Shown here piece by piece: positions 35,467-42,908 of a DNA stretch of 51,963 nucleotides. The notes beneath the pieces are model-generated. The model made no database searches and had not been told where the DNA came from. It worked only from the letters and a program-made list of their open reading frames with translations. Within the stretch, counting starts at the first letter, position 1. Each line of letters begins with the position of its first letter. The DNA is from an uncultured Candidatus Saccharibacteria bacterium (GTDB lineage Bacteria; Patescibacteriota; Minisyncoccia; Phycocordibacterales; Zambryskibacteraceae), in contig CAYLHJ010000005.1 in NCBI GenBank assembly GCA_964383705.1, positions 1 through 51,963 of the forward strand. Reading direction: 5' to 3'. Made by a program: the position numbers and the translations under genes.

Positions 35467-36366
35467 ATGAACGTCGTGCCGTACCCACAGCTTGACCGAG
35501 TCGACCAGTTCCTCCGGAGCTTCACCTCCGCGAACACCCGCGAGGCCTACGAGCGGGACCTGCGAGACTACGCGACGTTCTCCGCAGGAGCTGACCCGCT
35601 GACTTTCTCTACCCTCGCCCGGTACCGAGACGCGCTCATCGCGAGCGTGTCGCCTGCTACGGTGGTGCGCAAGTTCTCGGCGGTCAAGAGCTTCCTGGCC
35701 TTCCTGGCGTCGGAGGGGGCGATCCCGACGAACCCTGCGGCGAACCTGAAGGTTCCTCGCGCGGAGGCGAGAGAGCACACGCAAGCCTTCGAAGATCATG
35801 AGGTTGGGCAGGTTCTCTCTCAGCCGGACGTGACCACCTTCCGAGGGAGCACGAACAGGCTCGCCCTGGTCTTACTGTTCAACCTGGGACTTCGCCGCGC
35901 TGAGCTGGTGAACCTCCGCCTAGGGTCGGTGAAGGAGTACAGAGGCTCTCGGTACCTTCAAGTCTTAGGAAAGGGCGACAAGGTTCGCCTCGTTCGCCTT
36001 ACGTCTTCCGTGCTGGTCGAGCTTGAGGCGTACCTTCAGCGGTACGCCCGGTTCTCCGGAAGAGAGCTTCAGGACGGCGACTACCTTCTTCAGAGCGCCG
36101 CGAGCGCTCCTAACGAGCGTCCGGTGAGCCCTAGCACCGTGTACCGGATGGTGCGCGCCTGCGCCGTGCGTGCCGGAGTTGACCGAAGGGTCAGCCCGCA
36201 CTCTTGCCGCGCCACCGTGATCTCGCACCTCTTGGAGAAGGACGTTTCGCCTCGCGCGGTGGCCGACCTGGTCGGACACGCGAGCATCAACACGACGGTC
36301 GGGATCTACGACCGGAAGAGAGACGCCCTGCGGAGCACCACCGCAGAACAGGTTAACTACGGTTAG
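35467..36366 (+). CDS. Tyrosine recombinase / integrase, XerC/XerD-like
   Basis: 299 aa. SAM-like N-domain. Catalytic-region motifs LGLRRAEL (Arg), HSCRATVISHLL (HxxR), LVGHASINTTVGIYD (His...Tyr). Confidence 0.9.
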   Translation: MNVVPYPQLDRVDQFLRSFTSANTREAYERDLRDYATFSAGADPLTFSTLARYRDALIASVSPATVVRKFSAVKSFLAFLASEGAIPTNPAANLKVPRAEAREHTQAFEDHEVGQVLSQPDVTTFRGSTNRLALVLLFNLGLRRAELVNLRLGSVKEYRGSRYLQVLGKGDKVRLVRLTSSVLVELEAYLQRYARFSGRELQDGDYLLQSAASAPNERPVSPSTVYRMVRACAVRAGVDRRVSPHSCRATVISHLLEKDVSPRAVADLVGHASINTTVGIYDRKRDALRSTTAEQVNYG

Positions 36367-36375
36367 GAGAAAGAG

Positions 36376-36891
36376 ATGTTCATGATACCAGCTGCCCACC
36401 TCATCATGCAGAACGAGTCCATGCTGTACGCGCCTGAGGACCTGATCCTCGCGCTCGACAGGTGGATCCTTCCGAAGTACCCCAACTTGACCACGCAGAA
36501 CCCGGCCATCACCAAGGTCGAGTGCATGGGCATCCTCCACGCCTTCCACACGGCTGGCAAGATGCACATGCGGTTCAAGGCGGCGGAGATCACCAAGGCC
36601 GTGGACGCCTTCCTCGAAGACAGACTGTGGGTAGAGCGTAAGACCCTTGACGCACTTCAGCTCCTGCCGAACCAGCGCCCTGAGTTCTGGATGACGCAGC
36701 CGAGCCTCTTCAAGGTCCTCAGGATCATCCCGCGCGTGATGTGGGAGGCGAGCGTGACCATCTGGAACCTGCTCAGCATGTCAGGCGTCTACACGTTCTA
36801 CCGCTTCACGCGTGAGCGAGAGTTCTCGGTGCCGAAGTCCCCCACGGAGCGCAAGGCGGCGACGGTTACCCTGATCAAGAAAGACAGTTGA
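36376..36891 (+). CDS. Hypothetical protein
   Basis: 171 aa ORF, SD GGAGAAAGAG upstream. Confidence 0.6.
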   Translation: MFMIPAAHLIMQNESMLYAPEDLILALDRWILPKYPNLTTQNPAITKVECMGILHAFHTAGKMHMRFKAAEITKAVDAFLEDRLWVERKTLDALQLLPNQRPEFWMTQPSLFKVLRIIPRVMWEASVTIWNLLSMSGVYTFYRFTREREFSVPKSPTERKAATVTLIKKDS

Positions 36892-36916
36892 CCATGAAGC
36901 TTCACTATGTGATGAT
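36888..36916 (+). promoter_or_regulatory. Promoter candidate TTGACC-N14-TGTGATGAT
   Basis: The -35 embeds the upstream stop. Same -10 block as at 32183-32191. Followed by a leader with a GGAGAGGG SD for the Rrf2 gene. Confidence 0.4.
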
Positions 36917-36937
36917 CCAAACGACAGGAGAGGGACT

Positions 36938-37315
36938 ATGAAGATCACAACCCGAGGTCGCTACGCCCTGCAAGGGCTGGTAGACCTCATCGCGAACTCT
37001 AACGGCAAGGCGGTGAAGCTCGCAGACATCGCCGCCAGGCAGGACCTGCCGCTGTTCTACCTTGAGCAGCTGTTTCGACAGCTGCGCTTAGGCGGAGTGG
37101 TCAAGAGCGTTCGAGGCCCGGGCGGCGGGTACGTGCTGAGCCGAGACGCCTCAGAGATCACCCTCCACGAGATCTTGAAGTCCGTAGAGGAGACGGAGTC
37201 TGCGAAGCTTCCGCCTAACGCGACCCGAGAGGCGATCTCCGCGCACAAGGTTTTAACCCGCATGGACGAGGCCGTCGGCCGCGTCCTCGCACAACCCCTG
37301 TCAAGTCTGCTGTGA
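36938..37315 (+). CDS. Rrf2-family winged-helix transcriptional regulator (no Cys ligands)
   Basis: 125 aa. MKITTRGRYALQGLVDL...LADIAARQDLPLFYLEQLFRQLRLGGVVKSVRGPGGGYVL is a canonical Rrf2 N-domain. The protein contains no cysteine. Confidence 0.85.
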   Translation: MKITTRGRYALQGLVDLIANSNGKAVKLADIAARQDLPLFYLEQLFRQLRLGGVVKSVRGPGGGYVLSRDASEITLHEILKSVEETESAKLPPNATREAISAHKVLTRMDEAVGRVLAQPLSSLL

Positions 37316-37539
37316 CGTCCGCACTCCGGTACGTCGTAGTCGTGACGAACCAGGACGGCTTCAAGGCGACGTCTAGGTTCATGAGTCCCGTGTCGGCGTA
37401 CGACTGGGTGAGCCGAGCGAAGAAAGACGCACTGGAGTTCGAGGCTCGTAAGGTCACGGACGCAGGCGTAGAGGTGAGCATCAGCGCTTCCGACCTCAAG
37501 AAGGAAGCAGACAAGATCGCGAAGAGGAAGCTACGATGA
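37312..37539 (+). CDS. Hypothetical protein
   Basis: 75 aa, GTGA coupling. Confidence 0.55.
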   Translation: MTSALRYVVVVTNQDGFKATSRFMSPVSAYDWVSRAKKDALEFEARKVTDAGVEVSISASDLKKEADKIAKRKLR

Positions 37540-37706
37540 AGTTAGCGCTGTTGATAGGACTGGTGATCGGCTTCTTGGTCGGGTTCAACGCGACCCTAGC
37601 GTCCTACCACGTAGGACATCATGAAGGTTACGGGACTGCGATGGCCGACGTGTTCTTCAACCTGACCACGCCCGAGAAGTACCTAAACGCTCAGAACCGG
37701 AAGTAG
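37536..37706 (+). CDS. Small membrane protein (below the track cutoff)
   Basis: 56 aa, MKLALLIGLVIGFLVGFNATLASYHVGHHEGYGTAMADVFFNLTTPEKYLNAQNRK. ATGA coupling. Fills an otherwise empty gap. Confidence 0.5.
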   Translation: MKLALLIGLVIGFLVGFNATLASYHVGHHEGYGTAMADVFFNLTTPEKYLNAQNRK

Positions 37707-37707
37707 C

Positions 37708-37983
37708 ATGATACCTAATCTGAACTTCACGATCGAGGTCATGATCGAGACTTACCAACAGGAGAGCGGCGGAAAGCGTCCGGCCGGCCTCTTGCTAGGA
37801 CCTTCAGAGTACCGTGAGCTGTGCAACCAAGCGAAGCGATCTCCTGATTATCTTAAAGAAGCTTCGGTAGGCAACGAGGCTATGGTGACGGAGTACAAAG
37901 GGTTCCCCGTCTACGTGAAAGAACTCCCCGGCATAGAGTTGATGATCAACTATCAGGAGGCGTTCTCGAATGCGTACCGTTAA
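37708..37983 (+). CDS. Hypothetical protein
   Basis: 91 aa ORF. Confidence 0.55.
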   Translation: MIPNLNFTIEVMIETYQQESGGKRPAGLLLGPSEYRELCNQAKRSPDYLKEASVGNEAMVTEYKGFPVYVKELPGIELMINYQEAFSNAYR

Positions 37984-38452
37984 GTATCCTGACCCGATCC
38001 TTACGACTCCGTGTCCAGAGTTCAAGTTCGGCACGATGAGCGACGCGGACCTGTTCCACATCCTAGATGAGATGGCCGCGCACATGAAAGCGGAGAAGGG
38101 TATTGGTCTTGCGGCCAACCAGGTTGGTCACTCCATACGAGTCTTCGTGATGCTCGACGCCAAGCAGAAGATTTGGGAGTTCATAAATCCTACCATCATC
38201 GAGCGCAGCGGAGGGGTCCAGCTGAACGAGGGCTGTCTGAGCGCGCCTGGTGTGGTGGTGCAGGTTCCTAGGTTTCAGACCGTAACCGTAAAGGCTTATG
38301 ATCGCACCGGAGCAGAGTTTACGGTTGTCTGTGAAGACCTAGAAGCAGTGTGTGTCCAGCACGAGCTGGACCATCTTGACGGGGTATTCTTCCTGGAGAA
38401 GACCTCACGCAACCAGCGCCGAGCAGCCCTTAAAAGTTTAGGGCTCAAGTAG
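37970..38452 (+). CDS. def: Peptide deformylase
   Basis: 160 aa. All three PDF motifs are present: GIGLAANQVG, EGCLSAPG, QHELDHLDG. Confidence 0.92.
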   Translation: MRTVKYPDPILTTPCPEFKFGTMSDADLFHILDEMAAHMKAEKGIGLAANQVGHSIRVFVMLDAKQKIWEFINPTIIERSGGVQLNEGCLSAPGVVVQVPRFQTVTVKAYDRTGAEFTVVCEDLEAVCVQHELDHLDGVFFLEKTSRNQRRAALKSLGLK

Positions 38453-39121
38453 TTTCAGAACACGTATCAGGTTCTCTACAGGAAGGTAGCTTAAGAGCAC
38501 CTTGTCACCCTGGACCACGCGCTCGTTCACTACGCCTACTAGCTTTCCGTTTCCGTCCACCACAGGACTTCCGGAGCTGCCATGATCGCCTTTAAGCGTA
38601 GTGTCCATAGTAGTCATATAAAGCTCGCATGTTCTGACAGGCTGACCTCTCTCGGTGGAGATACCTTGTCGAAAGCCGGCGGGGCAGCTTCTATCGAACT
38701 GGAAGAAGTCTATCCAAAAGGATACGAGCTGGGTCGTCTGACCAGAGACGACCTGAATGTTTTTATGTCCAGATGGGTACCCCGCCGTGTATACGTCCGC
38801 TCCGACAACTACGGAGGCTCCCACCTCTAACCCTCCGAACGAGGGAGACGTAAGGATGCACAGGTCTTCCGTGGGGACAGCCTTCAGGACCTGAGCCTTA
38901 ACGGTGGTTCCGGACGCCTCGTTAGCGGCGTCAGTCTCTGAGAAGCTCCTGCACACGTGCCAGTTGGTCACGAGGTACGACTTGCCGTTCCAGCGCACGG
39001 AGAAGGCGGTGCCTGTACTGACCTTGTAGGTGTTATCTCGGAGGAGCTTCTGAACTACGGGCTCCTTAGACGCGTAGGCTGCCGAGACTGCAAGCATGAC
39101 GAGCAGTGCCCAGGTTCTCAT
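38438..39121 (-). CDS. Secreted trypsin-like (S1/S1C) serine protease
   Basis: 227 aa. Signal peptide MRTWALLVMLAVSAAYA. Triad contexts VTNWHV (His), EDLCIL (Asp), GDHGSSGSPVV (Ser). Opposite strand to its neighbours, with a 15-nt convergent overlap with def. Confidence 0.8.
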   Translation of the reverse strand: MRTWALLVMLAVSAAYASKEPVVQKLLRDNTYKVSTGTAFSVRWNGKSYLVTNWHVCRSFSETDAANEASGTTVKAQVLKAVPTEDLCILTSPSFGGLEVGASVVVGADVYTAGYPSGHKNIQVVSGQTTQLVSFWIDFFQFDRSCPAGFRQGISTERGQPVRTCELYMTTMDTTLKGDHGSSGSPVVDGNGKLVGVVNERVVQGDKVLLSYLPVENLIRVLKLLEP

Positions 39122-39127
39122 CTCCTT

Positions 39128-39137
39128 AAAGTACCAG
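39128..39137 (-). promoter_or_regulatory. Extended -10 promoter CTGGTACTTT, 6 nt upstream of the protease ATG (leaderless candidate)
   Basis: Identical 10-mer to 31892-31901. The apparent AAGGAG abuts the ATG with 0-nt spacing, so it is unlikely to act as an SD. Confidence 0.45.
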
Positions 39138-39158
39138 ATTGCGATGCGCAGATCAAGC

Positions 39159-39187
39159 TTGACGGCAACGCTCAGGTGCTGTACCTT
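39159..39187 (+). promoter_or_regulatory. Sigma70-type promoter TTGACG-N17-TACCTT
   Basis: Located in the divergent gap. Followed by an 18-nt leader with an AAGGAG SD for the lipoprotein gene. The -35 overlaps the 10-bp palindrome TCAAGCTTGA (39153-39162). Confidence 0.5.
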
Positions 39188-39205
39188 CTGGTTAAGGAGC
39201 CTTAT

Positions 39206-39448
39206 ATGAGGTTGTTATTCCTTCTCCCCCTTCTACTTTTGAGCGCGTGCGGCGGCCGGTACGACGTGAGCGGAGACGTTACCGTACACCACGAGCTTGA
39301 GATCTCAGACCTTAAGCGCTACTTCCTGGCCCAGTGTCAGCGCGATAACCCGGACGACTCCTTGACGGAGCAGTCTCTGTGCGCAGAAGCCAAGGTTGCT
39401 GACGTGCTGGAGTACCTGTTCGGTGGAGCGACCCCTCCCACCCTATGA
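39206..39448 (+). CDS. Lipoprotein (start revised)
   Basis: 80 aa. MRLLFLLPLLLLSAC has a lipobox (LLSAC). AAGGAG SD. The longer track ORF from 38957 runs antisense through the protease gene and is rejected. Confidence 0.7.
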   Translation: MRLLFLLPLLLLSACGGRYDVSGDVTVHHELEISDLKRYFLAQCQRDNPDDSLTEQSLCAEAKVADVLEYLFGGATPPTL

Positions 39449-39702
39449 GCACTGACAAGGAGAAGATCCGTCAGATGATGATGACCCACCTTCGGGAGAA
39501 GGGTTATCCCAACTTGACCTCGAAGCAGATCCTTGCCGAGCTTAAGCCTATGTGGGTCAAGCTCGGAGAAGCAGGACTCCTTCAGAAGAGTTGGAAGTAC
39601 ACGGACTTCGTGGGAGAAGCAGAGGCGGCGGAGCATCTGATCAACCTGAAAGCAGCCATGCAAGAAGAGCTGATGCAGCACTTCGCGAGGTTCCGAAAGT
39701 GA
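39445..39702 (+). CDS. Hypothetical protein
   Basis: 85 aa, ATGA coupling. Confidence 0.55.
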   Translation: MSTDKEKIRQMMMTHLREKGYPNLTSKQILAELKPMWVKLGEAGLLQKSWKYTDFVGEAEAAEHLINLKAAMQEELMQHFARFRK

Positions 39703-39899
39703 CCTACGACGAAGCTAAGAATCAGCAAGTAGAAGCTTTCGAGCAAGGACGCTACTACATCGTCCGCGAGTCTGACACAGGCGAGTTTCACTTGCTTCCT
39801 ACCACCTCTAGGGATCTTGCGCTAGCGTCCATCCAGACGCCCAAATCTCAGGTCATCCGCATGCCGGCGCGCCTTCGCGCGATCCGAGGTGACGGATGA
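39699..39899 (+). CDS. Hypothetical protein (start revised to the GTG at 39699)
   Basis: GTGA coupling. 66 aa. Confidence 0.5.
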   Translation: MTYDEAKNQQVEAFEQGRYYIVRESDTGEFHLLPTTSRDLALASIQTPKSQVIRMPARLRAIRGDG

Positions 39900-40096
39900 T
39901 CCAGCGCAGCGCCTTGCGACGAGCGGTGTGGGCGTCCTTCTCGCGGGTGATCGGGGTCATCCTGGCCACCGGCGCAGGAAGCATCATCCGAGACATGTTC
40001 GGAGACAGTCTTAAGCATCTAGGCACTGCCGCACTTCTGGTGCTAGCGTCCTGGATTTTGATGATGTTCGGCGAGTACGAACGCGAGAAAGATTAG
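39896..40096 (+). CDS. Small membrane protein (2 TM)
   Basis: 66 aa, ATGA coupling. Confidence 0.55.
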   Translation: MIQRSALRRAVWASFSRVIGVILATGAGSIIRDMFGDSLKHLGTAALLVLASWILMMFGEYEREKD

Positions 40097-40097
40097 C

Positions 40098-40126
40098 TTG
40101 ACGTCGCCTGTCAAGTGCCATAGCCT
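40098..40126 (+). promoter_or_regulatory. Sigma70-type promoter TTGACG-N17-TAGCCT
   Basis: Intergenic. Leader with an AGGAG SD before the AAA ATPase gene. The -35 lies inside the inverted repeat CTTGAC-N7-GTCAAG. Confidence 0.5.
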
Positions 40127-40147
40127 ACTACCTTAGGAGTTCACAAG

Positions 40148-41071
40148 ATGACTGAGTACGCTACATACCTGAAGATCGCCCATCAGTATCAGCCGATCCC
40201 GGAAGCTAAGACGGCCGCGCACCTACCGCCAGGCATCTACACGGTGAAGTATGATCCGCGAGACGAGTCCATCGCGTTCGCCGAGTCGAAGACCACGCAC
40301 GACGAGCTTGTAGACCTCCCCGGCACGGCGTACGATGATGTGCTCGCAGACCTGGAGTACTTCTTCACCGACGAGTGCCTCACCCGGTTCAACGAGGTTG
40401 GCCTCCTGCGGAAGATGAACATCCTTCTGTACGGAGTCCCCGGCGGCGGTAAGACGTGCATCGTGAACCGCGTAGCCATGAAGATGATGGCCGAGAAGGG
40501 GGTCGTGCTGTTCAACCCTCCTCCTTCCGCGCTCAAAGAGATCTTCCGAGTCCTGGACAAGCTTCAGCCGCAGACTCCGGTCCTGGTCATCTTCGAGGAG
40601 CTGGACCAGATGATCAAGACTCACGGGGAAGGCCCATTCCTTCACGTCCTTGATGGCGAGATCCAGAAGGCTAACGCCATGTTTATAGCCACCACGAACT
40701 TCATCAACGAGATCCCTAAGCGGATCCGGCGTCCTGGACGCTTCGCGGTTCGCCGAGAAGTTGGCTTGCCTGGCTTCGAAGCTCGTAACCACTACTGTCA
40801 GCTGAAGCTGAAGAACGACCACGAGCTGGCCACCAAGATCGCGACCCTCACGAACAACTTCAACATCGATCAGCTCAAGGACGTCATCCGCGAGCACTAC
40901 TGCATGAAGAAGCCGCTCGAAGGAGTCCTGGCCAACCTTCGCAGGGAGTTCGAGATCCCCGAGTCTGGAGAGGTCTCCCACGGCGACGCTCCTGAGGAGG
41001 AGTACTGTGAGGACTTCGAAGATTTCGAGGACGGTTCCAAGCTTGACAACAAGGTGAAGATCCGGAAGTAA
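40148..41071 (+). CDS. Classic-clade AAA ATPase
   Basis: 307 aa. Walker A GVPGGGKT, Walker B VLVIFEELD, second region of homology RRPGRFAVRREVGLP. Confidence 0.85.
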   Translation: MTEYATYLKIAHQYQPIPEAKTAAHLPPGIYTVKYDPRDESIAFAESKTTHDELVDLPGTAYDDVLADLEYFFTDECLTRFNEVGLLRKMNILLYGVPGGGKTCIVNRVAMKMMAEKGVVLFNPPPSALKEIFRVLDKLQPQTPVLVIFEELDQMIKTHGEGPFLHVLDGEIQKANAMFIATTNFINEIPKRIRRPGRFAVRREVGLPGFEARNHYCQLKLKNDHELATKIATLTNNFNIDQLKDVIREHYCMKKPLEGVLANLRREFEIPESGEVSHGDAPEEEYCEDFEDFEDGSKLDNKVKIRK

Positions 41072-41073
41072 CC

Positions 41074-41358
41074 ATGCGCAAGGTAGGACTATTTATAGTC
41101 ACGCTGCTCCACGACATCACCCAGGCAGGGTACTCCGTCAAGTTCAACAAGGACTTCAACGGTATGATGCGCGTGGACTTCTTCAAGGAGCAGGTGGCCG
41201 AGTTCTACGAGCACCTTCACTGCGGCTTCCCAGGAGCCTCTCGCGATGAGCTTGAGAAGCACGTGATCCAGTCCCTGATCTGGTTCAAGACTACCTACTC
41301 TATCGAAGACAGAACGAGGCACGACGATGACCCGACAGACGTACCCCCTGCGGCTTGA
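41074..41358 (+). CDS. Hypothetical protein
   Basis: 94 aa ORF. Confidence 0.55.
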   Translation: MRKVGLFIVTLLHDITQAGYSVKFNKDFNGMMRVDFFKEQVAEFYEHLHCGFPGASRDELEKHVIQSLIWFKTTYSIEDRTRHDDDPTDVPPAA

Positions 41359-41896
41359 GGGAGTGATCCTGATCTACACCGACGGAGGAAACCCGTCTGT
41401 TCGCAGGTTCACCAGCATGGCCAACCTGGAAGGTTGGGTTGGTCGGTTCTTCATCCAGAACCACCGGTCCGACGACCACTGGATCGACGGCATCGTCGAA
41501 GGCGCTTTGACCGTCGTCGACGAATCTTTGAGGATCTACGATGAAGCTCCTGATAATGGCTCAGAACCCCAAGAAGAAGATCAACGTGCTCAACCCCATG
41601 AAGGGGACGCGCAGCTGGACCCTGCTGGAGCAGTGGCTTACGGAAGCGGGGATCCCGCTCAGCGACGTGAAGATCCAGAACACGTTCCAAGCGGTAGGGT
41701 CTCGGAAATTGTCGACGAAGGGCAAGCTGAAGCAGGGCGGCTGGATCAAAGAGCTGATAGGAGCGCCCGTGATCGTATGCTTGGGCGCGCTGGCTCGCTC
41801 AGCGCTTGTGGAGACGAGGACGATGTACTACCCACAGATTGCGACGTGGGATCACTTCTTCATTCCGCACCCCAGCGGTCTGAACCGAGTTCTTAA
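41327..41896 (+). CDS. Hypothetical protein; only codons 1-71 (to about 41540) look coding, but the frame stays open across the next gene
   Basis: GC3 bias is strong to 41540 and then collapses exactly where the Mug-like ORF begins. No stop codon until 41896. Confidence 0.35.
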   Translation: MTRQTYPLRLEGVILIYTDGGNPSVRRFTSMANLEGWVGRFFIQNHRSDDHWIDGIVEGALTVVDESLRIYDEAPDNGSEPQEEDQRAQPHEGDAQLDPAGAVAYGSGDPAQRREDPEHVPSGRVSEIVDEGQAEAGRLDQRADRSARDRMLGRAGSLSACGDEDDVLPTDCDVGSLLHSAPQRSEPSS

Positions 41897-41984
41897 CAAC
41901 CCTGAAGAGCACCTGAAAGCCGTCGAGACGCTGCGAAAGGCACACGGTCGGTTGAAGCAGCTGAGGAGCTATGAACGCGTTTAG
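41541..41984 (+). CDS. UDG-superfamily DNA glycosylase-like protein (Mug/TDG-like motifs)
   Basis: 147 aa. LLIMAQNPK aligns with the Mug motif A GINPG. FFIPHPSGLNRV aligns with the Mug motif B LPNPSGLSRV. Confidence 0.6.
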   Translation: MKLLIMAQNPKKKINVLNPMKGTRSWTLLEQWLTEAGIPLSDVKIQNTFQAVGSRKLSTKGKLKQGGWIKELIGAPVIVCLGALARSALVETRTMYYPQIATWDHFFIPHPSGLNRVLNNPEEHLKAVETLRKAHGRLKQLRSYERV

Positions 41985-42264
41985 GAAGTTTTTAGAAGAC
42001 AACAAAGGCGAGCGCATGAAGATCACCAAGCTGCGCGCTCTCCCTGGGAGGGTTCGCGACAGCGGCATCCTGGAGGGAGAGTCTTACTACGGGCGAGCTG
42101 GTCTCATGAGGGGTGAGGATGACGACGGAACTCCTCGCTCAGGACTGGTCTTGGACGGCGGGTGGACCATGAGGACCTCCTGGGTTCGCGGCGTCAAGAA
42201 AGAAGGCCCCAACTCGTGGCTCGTAAAGACGAATAACTCGGTGTATCGAGTGCAGGTGGCCTGA
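41971..42264 (+). CDS. Hypothetical protein
   Basis: 97 aa ORF. Confidence 0.55.
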   Translation: MNAFRKFLEDNKGERMKITKLRALPGRVRDSGILEGESYYGRAGLMRGEDDDGTPRSGLVLDGGWTMRTSWVRGVKKEGPNSWLVKTNNSVYRVQVA

Positions 42265-42908
42265 TGAGCAAGACCTTCATCACCTCAGACCTTCACTTCT
42301 GGCACGAGAACGTGATCAAGTACTGCAGCCGTCCATTCGCGAACGCTGCCGAGATGAACGAGGCTCTGATCAAAGCTTGGAACAGTGCGGTAGCTCCGGA
42401 AGACGTCGTACTGATCCTAGGCGACTTCGCGATGGCCGCTCGCGCCGTCGAGCAGATCGTACCCCGGCTAAATGGTCGCAAGCGCCTTATCCTAGGTAAC
42501 CATGACTTCCCGCATCCCGCCCACTCTAAGGGGCGGAAGCCTGAGCTTCGAGAGAAGTGGACCAGCCTGTACCTGAGCTACGGCTTCGAGTCCGTGGAGC
42601 TTGAGGGAGAGCTGAAGGTCCCCGGAGTCGCTAACTTCCGGATGTTTCACCTGCCGTACACCGACGCTACTGACACGCACCAGGACGGAATGCCTCGACA
42701 CTTCCGAGAGCGCTTGAAGGATGACGGGATCCCTCTCCTGTGCGGGCACGTTCATGAGAAGTGGCTGTTCCGGCGCACGCCCGCTGGAACTCCTCAGCTG
42801 AACGTAGGAGTTGACGCTCCCGGCGCCCCGTGGTCGGGTCAGTACCGCCCTGCAACCCTCGAAGAGGTCGTAAGCGTGTACCTAAAGAACGTGGGAGAAG
42901 CGCTATGA
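42264..42908 (+). CDS. Calcineurin-like metallophosphoesterase
   Basis: 214 aa. Motifs SDLHFWH, LGDFA, GNHD, GHVHE. Confidence 0.85.
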   Translation: MSKTFITSDLHFWHENVIKYCSRPFANAAEMNEALIKAWNSAVAPEDVVLILGDFAMAARAVEQIVPRLNGRKRLILGNHDFPHPAHSKGRKPELREKWTSLYLSYGFESVELEGELKVPGVANFRMFHLPYTDATDTHQDGMPRHFRERLKDDGIPLLCGHVHEKWLFRRTPAGTPQLNVGVDAPGAPWSGQYRPATLEEVVSVYLKNVGEAL

